A stretch of DNA of 63,875 nt, filler included, from Nemertoderma westbladi (lineage: Eukaryota > Animalia > Xenacoelomorpha): assembly GCA_032718475.1 (NCBI GenBank). It is 3 parts of 3 records of this genome, joined end to end, with 100 filler letters (N's around TTAATTAATTAA, not from the genome) between each part and the next. Parts side by side here need not be neighbours in the genome. Positions count along the whole stretch, not along the records: positions 42,322 to 63,875 come from JAUCBJ010006068.1; 2 more parts are not named here. One strand, given 5' to 3'. Both the position numbers and the translations under genes were made by a program. Shown here piece after piece: positions 47,201 through 59,807 of this stretch. The notes beneath the pieces were generated by a model. It was given only the letters and a program-made list of their open reading frames with translations, was not told the origin of the DNA and ran no database searches. Position 1 is the stretch's first letter. Each line of letters opens with the position of its first letter.

Positions 47201-50200
47201 GGACTCGACACACCGGAATTACACATACCCACAGGAGACGTCGCCCGATCTGTAAAGCAGGATGACGGCTTTTATGCCGAACGTACGATCATGGGATGGA
47301 CACTCTGCGGCATCAAGGAGGAGACTACAGACACCTATACATACCTCCCTAAATGTCAGATTAAAGAGAATGCAACCTCCGTGGGTTATTGTTCAGCTAC
47401 AGACCTGGACGAGGATTTATTCCTTGAGACCGAGAAAACCCAGCAGGAGATGACCAAATACTTTAATCTAGAGACCCAAGAGTTTGCTGAAAAGGACGAG
47501 AACCCGTCCGAGGAAGAACAATATTGTATTGATGTCCTTGATCAGGCCAAGTTCAAAGACGGACATTGGTGTTCACCCATGCTATGGAAAGACCCAGATA
47601 AACCGATGGCGAATAATGCCAACATGGCCCTTAGGCGGCTTAAAGGAATCCTACGCCTGTTGAATGAACAACCCGAGATAAAGGAGAAATATAATAATGT
47701 AATCAAAGGATATCTAGAAGATGGATTGGTGGAAATGGTACCCCGGAATGAACTGCAAGGGGGTAGACGGACATATTATCTCCCAACCCACTATGTGGTA
47801 GAAGCCCGGAAGGGCGGTAAAATCCGAGCAGTCAATGATGCTGCTGCTATGTATCAAGGCGAATCCCTGAACAGCCAACTTTATACAGGGCCCAACATAT
47901 ACAGTACATTTATCGGCGTGTTGATCAGGTTCAGGGAAAACCGGATAGCATTCACATGCGACATCAAAGCGATGTTTCACCAGGTCCGAACGCTACCAAG
48001 AGACTCAGACTGTCTGCGTATATTATGGACGGATAAAACATTAACTCCACAGGAGATCAGTCAACTCACATTGAAGGATGTGGATGTAATGCGCATGATC
48101 GTCAGGATCTTCGGCGCTAAGGACTCGCCAGTAGCATGTAGTGAGTGACATGCTGAAGAAAACAGCGACTATGTGCGAAAATGAGTTCCCTCCAACAGTC
48201 ATAGAAACCATCCGACGATGCTTCTACGTGGACGACGGATGCGCCAGTGCCGATAATGTTGACGAGGCATATCAGCTAGCGATGGGGATGGTGGAATGTT
48301 TAAAGAGAGGAGGTTTCCCTCTCGTGAAGTTCAGATCCCACGACAAAAAACTTATGGAAAAGTTTCCGGTGGAAATCCGACTGGACAACAATAAAATGTA
48401 TTCCGAGGATGTGGATCACCATGTACTCGGCATTGAAATGGGACATAGAATTGGATGAATTCATCTTCAAATATAACACCCTACCCAAGCCCATGACGAA
48501 AAGGGGATGTTTGTCTATAAAAAGTGCAATATTCGACCCACTAAACTTCATATCTCCGGTAACCTTGGCCGGAATGAATTTGATCAAGGAAATGTGGATA
48601 GAAGGACTGGGATGGGATGAAGAACTCCCCCCACACCTCAGTGTCAAATGGAGAAAGTGGACGGAACAACTCGAACATCTACATCTTATGCGGATCCCTC
48701 GACCGTTCTTCCTCGATAAACTACCCACCGATATTTTCCAGCTCCACACTTTCTCGGATGCTTCGAATACCGGAATCGGCGTAGTCACTTTCCTAAGAAG
48801 ACTAAGTCAAGATGGAAACGGCGACACGAGCTTCTTATTTTCTAAAGCTAAGACAGTATCCGGGGAATTCGTAGCAACGATTCCGAGACTTGAGCTACAG
48901 GCCGCAGTTTGGGCAGTGAGACAGAACCGCATGGTCATGCGGAACCTACGAATCCCCATCGAATCGCAACATTTCTGGGTCAATTCGAGTATCATTCTCT
49001 ACTACCTCCACTCACCATCACGGCGATACACCACGTTCGTAGCGAACCGAGCCATGGAGATAAAACAGTGCACCGGCCGAGAACAGTGGCACCATGTAAA
49101 TGGAAAAGAAAACCCAGCGGACTTATTGAGCAGAGGCACCACCCCACGACAACTCGGTAAAAGTAAACTCTGGCTCACCGGTCCGGAATTCCTACAGCAA
49201 CCACAATTAACCTGGAGTACCCGATTTGATCCCGAACTCGATAGCGGAAAATACTCCGAAGACGACAAGGAGATCCGCAAAGTCCATAGAAGCGCCACAG
49301 TGGAGATCTATAGTTGTCTGACCGAGCCTGCAAAGGACTCGGGCAGGCACTATAACGTCGCGACGATCACGCAACCAGCGGCGTCTTTACAACTATTGAA
49401 CGAGCGAACTTCATCAATGAGACGTCTCATCCACCACGTCATAACCCTTCGCAACTTCCTACGGTGGAAAGACAACAAACCGACAGTTCAACGAAGTATA
49501 CAAGAACTCATCATTGGGGAGAAATGTATTGTTAGATATGTCCAGAAAGTAAGTTTCCCCGACGAGTGGGAACAACTCAGTGCAGGCAAGACCTTGAAAC
49601 CGGACAGTCCAGTCTACCAATTGAGACCAATGATGGGAGAGGACGGACTGATTCGACTGAATACCCGGATGGCAAACGCCCCGGTTGAATACGAGGTCAA
49701 ATACCCAGCGCTTCTGCCCGGAACATCAACACTAGCCAAGCTATTAATCCAACAGTGTCACGAGGAAAACCATCACGCGGGACAGAACTGGATTATAGCT
49801 AATATACGGCAAAGATATTGGATCACCCACATCCAGCCACTGATCCGGAAAGTGTTAAAACATTGTTTTCCCTGCAGAAGATATCTAGCGCCACCACTCA
49901 CACAAAGGATGGCCGACTTACCAGCCACGAGACTGCAGTCCGATTCCCCGCCATTCTACGTAACCGGAGTAGACTGTTTCGGACCATTCACAGTCATCGA
50001 GCGACGATCCAACATCAAATGCTGGGGAGCCATCTTTACATGCCTTAGGTCTAGGGCAATCTACCTAGACATCGTGGTGAACCTTACACAACACGCATTT
50101 ATCAACGCCCTGCGTCGGTTCGTGGCGAACAATGGGACATGTCGTCATATGTACTCCGATAATGGTACAAACTTTGTGGGAGGAGAAAGAGAACTTAGAG

Positions 50201-50313
50201 AGGCGATCGAGGGATGGTTTACCGAGGACACCGCATCCCAAGTCTGGAGGGAACACCATATACAGTGGCACTTCCAAACACCCTTAGCACCCCATACGAG
50301 CGGGGTATGGGAG
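44279..50313 (+). pseudogene. BEL/Pao Gag-Pol polyprotein (one stop at 44999, two frameshifts near 48145 and 48430, integrase truncated)
   Basis: Gag FEGDPVDYLRF; knuckles CLFCGEKHKVEFC and CFRCLGTGHYVRDC; PR FLDNGSDGT; RT CDIKAMFHQV and FYVDDG; RH LHTFSDAS, TIPRLELQAA, ENPADLLSRG; IN GVDCFGP, SDNGTNFVG, SGVWE. Confidence 0.96.
44921..45095 (+). repeat. 33-bp coding tandem repeat in gag (EAEQQAEQRRR), ~5 units
   Basis: Read directly. Confidence 0.9.
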
Positions 50314-51166
50314 GTTTTATGTTTCTCAGTCGCGTTATTCTGGTGGGACCGTTGCGTGGATTTTGGGGCGTAGGCGGTGTAACTAGTCCAGCTATAGATC
50401 CCAGAATGTTGAGTAACCCCATCCCACATGACTTCGTCGACTGAGCTTTATGTTGCTGGGAGTGTTATTCTGGTGGGTCCCTGGTGCATTCCACGTGACT
50501 TCACTTCCAGCGTCTTCATTGTCCGTTACGTGTGCAGTTTGGGGCGTAGGCGGTGTAACTAGCCCAGCTGTAGATCCCAGATTGCCGCGTAACACCCCTT
50601 CAACAACGAAAATTTCCCAAAGAAGATGATTGAATGTAGTTGGAAATGATGAAAACAAACAGACAACCCTACTATAAACTGAATGATGACGCGTATGATG
50701 ATGAAAATGTAATGATGCGCACCCTGGTGCTGCGCTTATAACAATGATGAAAGCCGGGGGGCTATAACCCCAATATGATGAAGTGGAAATAAATGAAATG
50801 TGTAATAAATGGTGTAATAAATGATGAAATGGTGGAAATAAATGATGAAATGTGTTGAAATAAATGAAATGAAATGAGAAATAAATGAGAAATGAAAAAA
50901 GACAAAAAAATGTATAAAATGTAGAAAGAAAAGAATCGGAAAAAAGAAGAGGACATAAAAAGTCAAAACTGGTTGGATATTAATGTATAGCTATAGTAAC
51001 TGTAAATGCTGAATGTATTAGCAATAAGATGGTAGAAGCCTATATAGCAATGTTATTTAATAAACTGAACTACAAATAAACTGAATTATTCTGCAGTCAC
51101 TATAGTATCAGACTTTCTGGATTTATAATTAACTGATCTAAATTTTCAACGGACATAATTGAAAAT

Positions 51167-53684
51167 ATGGACCCAAATCGCCAAATTATCGGCAAATTAC
51201 GTAATACGATAGATTTACTGGAATATCCACAACCTGGATCCCCTAACTTTGATATAAATTGGAACGCCCTGATAAATGAGAATGTGCGAGTCGTCAAATT
51301 CTCCGGGCGAGAGGGACCGGATTCCCGGAATCTACGAGCCCTCCGGTTGTCTGATGCTAGTACGAGACTGAAAAGAACTCGGAATGTAAAGGCAACCGGA
51401 GAGGATGAGTTGTCGTACTGGGAAACGTTCCGGCAAAGCGTCTACAAATCCCGATGTTTGATATACGACAACGAGGGAAACGCGACGCCCACCTCGAAAG
51501 CGATTACGTTGGTGCGATGTCAAAGTTTCGTCGATGACAAGAGTACGTACCTCGCCCACTGGGGAAACCTAGCGGAGTGTACGGCAACGCTGCGAGAGGA
51601 ACGTATATCAGTTATCCAGAATCGCGACGACCACCAGGAGAAGTACGGGACGAAAGAATACGGTCGATCCTTGGTCGTCGTCCTCGGAACCCTGGATGGT
51701 TTGGTGTTGGTATGTCGAATATTTCCGACACCCAGACAGGAGGTGCGGACAGCCGGAGCGATCTGGCTACTACCACCCGAGATCCAAAAGATCCTATTCG
51801 ACTTCGACATAGGGCCGGATATAAAGGCGGACGTCCGAAACGACTACGCGAACGCTCCTTTCGGAAGAGACTGTCGAGAAGATCTCAACGCCATTAGTCA
51901 TTGTGTCGACACCCAAACTCTATTAGCCTGGTTACGATCCGCCGAATTCCTGCGAGGATTCCGAGAAGTGAGACAGACGAAATCCAGCATCGGCTACCTC
52001 GCAGTGCTAAACGGCGGCATAGACTTTAAACCCCAGAAATTCCAGGACTATAATAAGATATATGGTGGATACCCGGGATTAGAAATAAAAAGTGAGCGAG
52101 AGAGTCGCTGGAAGGACGTTGAAAGAAAGTGGACGATCCACCACAAGTGGGAGAATCCGGACCGACGGAACTACATCTACGTCATTATGGAATCCTACAC
52201 AGTCGCTAAGTTCATATGTAAAACTCTCGATAGTCTCATTACTGCGGTTCCTAGATCCTTTATCGACTACGGGTGGAACGAGGTCATCAACCACGCGTTC
52301 AAAGAGGTCGAGAATATTACACCTGGAGAGACGAAAACGCTCACCGTCATCGCTTCCTGGGACGAGAATGGGCCGTTCGACATCCCTACGATTACCGATC
52401 TCCTCGGTGCGGAGGAACCACTGATTTCCTCGGAATCGCGTACGAACCGGCCGCCAAACGGGTCGCCTCGGCCAAACCTGCGACAGAAGCAGGCGTTTCC
52501 ACCCCACTTGGCTCCGGTAGCCCCGCGAGGGAGTTAGTCACTACCTTTGCGTTGAACGACTTCGGCGGCATATGTCAGAGGTTATCCCCATATCCGTTCC
52601 CGGGTGGCGAAGACTGGTCGTCGGAGATTCCGAGTACCAGCACCCAACGGACCCGCTCAGCGATACTGGTTGAAAAGGGTCCCAGCGCTGCGCCGACTCC
52701 CGAAGATCTCCTCGGAATCCCTCCATCGAAAACCCCGGCACCTCTTCGCCGACCAGCGGTGGCAACTACCCCCTCCATTCCACAGGATCCTATGCGACTT
52801 ACCCGATGGTACGCCGAGCAGACCGAATGGATCCACCGCCAGAAACGGTCATCCGAGATGAGACTGGCAGGACATAAAGAAGGTTATCGAAACGAGAACA
52901 TACTACGCCAAAGCACCGCTTTTCGCGGGCTACCGCCCACAGCGGATATTCCAAAAAGCGACTGACGACTCGAGTATTACGTCGGCGTCCCGATTCTGAT
53001 ATTCTTCGGCCGGGAGATCCAGTTAGCGGAGACTGTGGTTCGGAGCAGTGCCCACGCGGTAGAAGAAATCGAGTAACCGATTCGTGCCTCCAGCTCCTCG
53101 GGATACTGTATTGTCCCTATTGCACGACATCGGGACATGATGTTTCAGTTTGTCCAACCCTCTATAACCTCTGCACAACATGCGGTTTCCGTGGACATTC
53201 CACTAGCCCCCGCTGCAATATAAAGTGTCCCACGAAGGACGTTACCGCTATGGGAAATATGGTTATGTTCGAAACCTACGCAAACAGCCACATAAAGACC
53301 AAAGTACGGAAAAACGCCCGGAATATCGCGCAAGAGATGGCGTGCGGGTATTTTTCGTTCCCGGAGCGCCTCCATACGACAGCGACGCTACCATTCCATT
53401 ACGTGGATCTGTTGCTAAGCGCAGGATTATTCGGCCCATTCGAGATCCTTAGACGCTTATATTCGTATAAGGAAGAGTTTGGTAACGGAAAGTGGTTCTT
53501 AGAGGCACACAACACTGAGTTAGAAAGACGAACCGATATGATCCCGCTACCATCGAAAGGAAGAGCCGCCAGGAGACAAGCCGAAACGTTGCTCACGATG
53601 GATGTTGACGCTCCCCTACCAGCACTAGCGATCGACGAGAGTCGACGGGCGAAGAGGAGAAAGGCGTATCAGAGCAAGAAATAG
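51167..53684 (+). pseudogene. ORF3: DEDDy/DnaQ-type 3'-5' exonuclease-like domain, basic linker and two CCHC zinc knuckles (disrupted after codon 456)
   Basis: LPPEIQKILFD..IGPDIKAD, VDTQTL, SSIGYLA..GIDFKP and KWENP...IY match the spacing of WRN/EXD-type exonuclease domains. CPYCTTSGHDVSVC (53112-53153) and CTTCGFRGHSTSPRC (53172-53216) lie in the open frame 52878-53684. Confidence 0.7.
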
Positions 53685-53857
53685 AGGACCAGGATATTCC
53701 AGGAACATTTATATCGAACATTTATTTTTTATATATTTACATAAACTAACTCTAGGCCAAATTAATCAAGACTATGCAATATTAAAAATTTTGGGTTTTT
53801 TATATGGGAAATGACCTACGCAAACTCGATCTACCGATAGACCTCACGAAGGTCATT

Positions 53858-53865
53858 GGGGGGGA
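53858..53865 (+). promoter_or_regulatory. Polypurine tract
   Basis: GGGGGGGA one base before the 3' LTR TG. Confidence 0.85.
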
Positions 53866-53866
53866 C

Positions 53867-55250
53867 TGTTCGCGGTATTTCAACTTTTCTTAACGCGAGT
53901 TGAATATTTTTTGGATTTATTTAAAATGATTATTCCGATATCACTACTGGGTGCGGGAACATGGGTTTTGGGCACACTCGATGGACTGGGGGCGATTTAT
54001 GGGCGAATATTGGGGCGACTTACGGGGTACGGGACTCATTTCATGTATTTAAGGGCCAGGGGTGGGAGGCAAAGTTAAGCAGTATTCAGGTTTGCCTGAT
54101 TACTATTAGGCCTAGCCAACTTCCTGCTGCCTGTAGAGGTGGATTTGGTAACTCGCTAGGTCTAAAGGACAAGGACTGCCCTTAGCAGTCCCTGGCCAAC
54201 AGCAGTTATTACGAGCCTGAAAAGGACATCGGAAAGTCTGCTGCTTGTGTCAGGGATTTGCGATGGGAACCGACGACAGACCCCTAGCCAAGCCGTACTG
54301 GTTCCTGACCGATCCCTTCGGGGTTCGGGAAGGGTGGGATGGACACGCGAATGGGTCGACCGACTAACGGAGGAAGGGTTCGACGAGGACTGCCTTCCTG
54401 AAGTGGGTTCCACGACCGGCGTTAGTACGAGCCTGAATAAGGACTCGGAAAACCACCAACCGTTGGGGCTCACGACGGGCTGACAGACCCCCTTGCCAAG
54501 CCGTACTGGTTCCTGACCAATCCCTTCGGGGTTCGGGAAGGGTGGGACGGACACGCAACGGGGTCGAAAGACAAAGGACTGGACTCTACTGGCCTACCGA
54601 CTGTTCGGAGCAGCTTCTCGGCTGCCGAAGCGACTACGAGCCTGAATAAGGACTCGGAAAGCCTAGGTGGTTGGGTCCCTGCGATGAACCGACGGACCCC
54701 TAGCCAAGCCGTACTGGTTCCTGATGACCGATCCCTTCGGGGTTCGGGAAGGGTGGTACGGACACGCAAACGGGTCCACCGACATGACAGACCCCTAGCC
54801 AAGCCGTACTGGTTCCTGATGACTGATCCCTTCGGGGTTCGGGAAGGGTGGGACGGACACGCAACAGGGTCGACCGACACCGACACTACGGTACCGAGAC
54901 TAGGACCGGGGGAAAATTGGGGAACATTAGTTAGGCTAAAATCTGAGCGAACGGTGGGTAATTAAATAATGTACCATAGGGATTTATATTGTCGTGTTAT
55001 ATTATTGTGAATATTTGGTGTATATTGGTTTGGGGAAGCCCAACTTATTCTCAATCAAGATTCAACCGTAGGGAAGTTACATTAAAGAGTATATCCAACC
55101 AATGAAACTTTTCTCAACCGCAATCTTGCATTTAAGAACGTATTCCTTCTCCACTACCAATATCCGGTGACTGGCCGGGATTCCGTGGTCTGAAAAGTTC
55201 CGCCTCCAGCATCGGCGTTTTCCCCCATGGTGTCGGGAATAACGGCAACA
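53867..55250 (+). repeat. 3' LTR (1384 bp)
   Basis: Direct repeat of the 5' LTR, followed by TSD GGTTA. Confidence 0.97.
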
Positions 55251-56537
55251 GGTTACAGTGGCGAGTTAATCTAACCAAAAACACTAAACGATGTTCAGGA
55301 GCGCCGGTTGTCTGCTGTCGGAGTAGCATTTACAACCGTCAACCGTGCCTTATATATAGGTGTATTATAGTATTAGGAAGTAAACAATAAAATATGACAG
55401 GGGGATCTTATTTCCTTCCCTTATATTAATTTCACACAATCCCCCTAAATTCGTGGTTGTCAAACATTATAGTATAGGATTTAGGAGGTGGTGGACAGGT
55501 TATAGTATTAATAATATTGTGTGGGAGTATATAGTAAATGTTTTGTGTGATTTTAGTAGGTAAGTCAATAATCCGATTGATGCACAGCTGGCATCTTTTA
55601 GTATTTTGTGCAATAGCCTTTCAAAAAGGAACTGTTAATACAGTGAATATTGGCCACCAATATTTTGATAAAAAATACTTAGTGATGAAAATGAACGAAT
55701 TTTACGTAATTAATGTTAAATTCAAAATGCGATCATTTATATTAGAACACCGATCTAAGACGCCCTTTTACATTTTTATTATACCAGTCACATCATACAT
55801 ACTGTATTTCTGCTGTGTATGATCTAGAGTCCCGAATAGACGGGATTAATTTTTGGAAAAAAATCCACCCACAAAAATTCCCTTATTCTAGACAGACTAT
55901 TAATTTTTTCTAAAACGTTTGTTCTCATAATAATTTAGAGTGAAAGAAAACAAAAACCGTGTACCGAGTATACCACCGGTCAGGGTTTCTTTTTTCAAAA
56001 TGTTCACTGTGAAAAGTTTCTAAACGGTTAGAGAAAAAATTTAGAAAATCTAAATTTTGTTTATGAAACCAAAATAATTTGCTCAATTGCGAATGAATTG
56101 AGAAAGTGAAAAGTGGGCCATACACATTGGTGCTGTTTATTATTACTGCTTGTTTTCTACTTTATTCAAACATACGATGGTACATTCTGTAATCATAAAT
56201 ATCATCGAAATATTAAAAAATTAGGCCTACTACTGTATTTATTTAATACAGCTTTGGTAAACGAAAGCCATTTATTGGGAATGAATACTCCAACTGATTG
56301 GTGATGGTCACAGTTGAAAGGGACAACGAAAAAAAACATTTTGGATAAAATATGCGTTCAGAGTTTTTGTTGTTGAAATTGAATTAAATGCTTATACAGT
56401 ATTATTCTTGTTACATAAAGAAATGGAGGGAAATTTGATTCAAATTATGATCACGATGCTAAATTAACTTTTCTACTTCAGTATCATGTATTCTGAAGGC
56501 AGATTATTCGCAATTATATCATCATACTGTCATAATT

Positions 56538-56969
56538 AACTAGAAAGCCAGCAAGCTGGCTTCAAACGAACCTGCCCCTCAAACCAGTACCCTGAGTGAG
56601 CGAAAATGAAAACACGAAAATTGCCATCAACTCAATGATAGAAACACCAGCTGCTGGTACTCATGTGGGCCTATTGATTGAATGGATAGGCCCAAACTGC
56701 ACAGAAGTATAATTACTTACTAAATTTATAACTCTCTCACTCTATCCCAGACAGTAATCAAACATCAACTGATAGTTTGTATAATGTACTGTATTACCCC
56801 GCCAGCTGAATAGCTCTTCCCAGTGAATCCTATGGGAATATCATTGTAAGCACTGGGCCGTTCAAAATGTTTTATAGGTTGATGATAATGAATGAGGAGG
56901 GACCCAACTAACACTACGTTTGTCTATATGGACGGCCTCTTTATAGCCAGCTGGCTGGCTTTTCTAGTT
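56538..56969. mobile_element. Non-autonomous element with ~25-bp terminal inverted repeats
   Basis: AACTAGAAAGCCAGCAAGCTGGCT ... AGCCAGCTGGCTGGCTTTCTAGTT. Confidence 0.65.
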
Positions 56970-59807
56970 TAATCATATTATTCTGCAACCAATAATTTTT
57001 AGACGAATTAGTGCGTTTTTTTTTGCCGGAATCACAAATTTTGGCGACGTTATGTGCGAGATTGGCGATATTTGAAAAGATTCTGAGGCTCAAATATGTT
57101 GCTCAGATGACTGAATATATCAAATGAAAAAGTTGCATACTCGACGAGTTTAAATCGGTGAAATTCGACTTTAAATTTTCAAAACCGATATTTTTCAGTG
57201 ACCCCGTGATCGAAACGCCACAAAAAATATAGTCTTGTGCGCAACCAAAATTTATGTAGAGTTTGTTATTACAATTTTTGCGTACCTGCTTGAGTTTTTG
57301 AGATATTGGATGGTTATACACACACACACACAACCACATCGTGTTTTTGAACGGCTCAACTCTTGACAAGAACTACTCTGGCCTATTAATATGGCAGGTT
57401 CGTTATAATTGTAATCGTAATCAATAACTGTTCGAAAGGCATAAATATCGAACTTAAACGGCTTTCTAAATAAATAAAATCCCCCGGTGCTTCATTATTC
57501 AGGCGAATGCAGATGTATTTATATTAAATTAGGATTACCACCCGTCGCACTTTCTGGTCCCTTTCTATTATGAGCAGCTCATCCTCCGCTAACTGTATTT
57601 ATTAAATAATCAACCTCATCCATTATTTTTGAAAAGTGCTCTACAAAGACTTTAAATTACGGGAATGTGAGTGAAACACTCTTACAGACTGTGATGATGA
57701 TTGTATACCATACACACTATGTCAATCTACGTAGAAACAATACCACAAATGAGTTCATTTGAAATTATAGGAGTTGGTACAAATGAAGCTGATGGAAATG
57801 AATCAGATTTGAGGGTTCGATTTTGTTGAATGAACAAACAAAAATTAAATATGGCTGATGTCTGAATGTTAAATTCTGATTTATAGGTGTTTCTATTTAA
57901 CACTTTCTAAATTAAATTTAATTTTAAATTGATTATTTTAAATTTTGAGTTTTAGAAATATTTCTAAACAAGTTTAAAAAATTTAGAAATCACCATTATA
58001 ATTTATAAATTTCACTAACATATTTAGAAAAAAAAACCCTGCCACCGGTAGTCGTAGGTACTACTGTACCTAAACGCATATACTCTATGTTAAGTAAGTA
58101 GGCCTAAGTTTCCTTGATCACCACTTTCTAAACTTATAATTTTCTGAGTTTTTTTTTCCAAATATCCATGATTCTTTCTAGAACCATTTGATTGACCGAT
58201 TGACCTTATGCTAGCAATAATAGCTTTTTTATGACATAATTAAATGGCTTCAATCCGATAACATTTTATTTTTATTTTAATGAAATACGCAATTGGAAAA
58301 AATATTGGAATTATTGAGCACACATAAAAAATAAGCAAACATAGATTTATTGAATTAAATGAAACGGACTTAGCATTATAATTAGTTTTTAACGTTCTAA
58401 TAAGTTAAGAACTTGACTAACCAAATGGTAAGAAACGACCTTATTTATTTTGCAATTTTCTTCGGGGATAATTTATTATTTGGTGGCTAAGAGTCATTGG
58501 GACAGTTGTCCTGTCACAATTGATACTGATGAAATGAATGTTTTTAATTCCATTCACATTTCCGTGGTAAGAAGCTATTATATGCCCGGAGTGGCGAGAT
58601 CTATTTTTTTTATTGCAGAAATTGCAATTAAACCTGAAATTATTTCAGAAAAGAGTCAAGTTAGAACGACGGGAATTAATTTTAGAGAATCGTTCTGCCG
58701 TAATTGGCTGCTTAACATTCGACGTCACAAGTCCACGGCAACTAGAATTTACTGTTTCCCATTAATTTTACTTTCATGTTACCAGAATCAGAACTGTAGA
58801 AGCCGTAGGGTTTATTAAATAGTAGGTGAATTCACACACGTGTAGAACTAACATCTTCAAAGGCACCTACAATCCAAATTAAAATCGAAACCAACCACTT
58901 ATAAGAAGCTGGGAGATCGAAAAAACGCAAGTTGTCCAAAAATGGAATTCAACTTATTTCAATTTAGACCCTTTTTATTTATCCTATTGTATTTGCCATT
59001 TTTCCTCAGCGGGTAAGTTTTGTTTTAGAAATCTCAAGTAATATTATTTATCGTTGCAACTATTTTTTAAATCCATTTTATTAACGAATCATTATTAATT
59101 AACAGTTATATTATTAATATCTAATACTTTTGATGTTTTCTTCTAACTGATATTTATTTGGTTTATTAATTTAATTTGCTAAATTGCGAAATTAATTAAT
59201 AAAATATATATAGTTTCTTGTAGAATATCAATACTGCCGCTCATGATTGACATATTGCATATTTTTTAAACCCAAATAGAATAATATTTTGTTATGGAGT
59301 TTTATGTTCTCCTTACAGTAGAGGATTGCAGTGAATAAAAATGTTACAGGAAAAATACAACGTAAACAAAACAAGTAAACAAAAGGGAAAGTAAACAAAT
59401 ATTCCACTAACAATTATCTAAAAGCACAAACTGAATTGTTTACTTTTGGTGTCATTCAAATAGTACATGGTATTTCAGTAGGACAAAGGGGAGGGAATAT
59501 AATGTTTCAGTTTCTGTCTGCCTATATACAAAATGGGGGTTTGATGCCTCAGAATTCTCAAAATTTTACATGTGTTCCGTCCATAAGGTTGAGAAATGCC
59601 AGAGAAGAGAGTGCTGTGCTATTTTTGATAACTAAATATTGCAAAACAAGTTGTGGAGTGGCATTTGGGGGTGAATAATAATGTAGGAGGGGGTCTATCA
59701 TTTCCGTAAAATAATGTCACGTAATATTTGAATGTTACCGCAGTCATTACGCGACCCAGCCAGAGAAGACAATTAAAAGGTCAATGAGTATAGAGTGATT
59801 GAGAGAT

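Larger units (their letters stand above)
42514..55250 (+). mobile_element. BEL/Pao LTR retrotransposon with both LTRs (12.7 kb) and extra ORFs
   Basis: Two TGTT...AACA LTRs, perfect 5-bp TSD GGTTA (42509-42513, 55251-55255), gag-PR-RT-RH-IN order and a G-rich PPT. Confidence 0.97.

Noticed and set aside
54694-54760. Hammerhead ribozyme (CTGATGA-stem-GAA) in the LTR repeats
   Set aside because: It has GAAG instead of GAAA, a C-G first pair in stem II and poor stems I/III, and half the copies lack the TGA. Kept only as an unclassified structured RNA.
58450-58920. Penelope-like RT remnants (FDVTS, TYKKL)
   Set aside because: The motifs are in the wrong order and lack supporting context.
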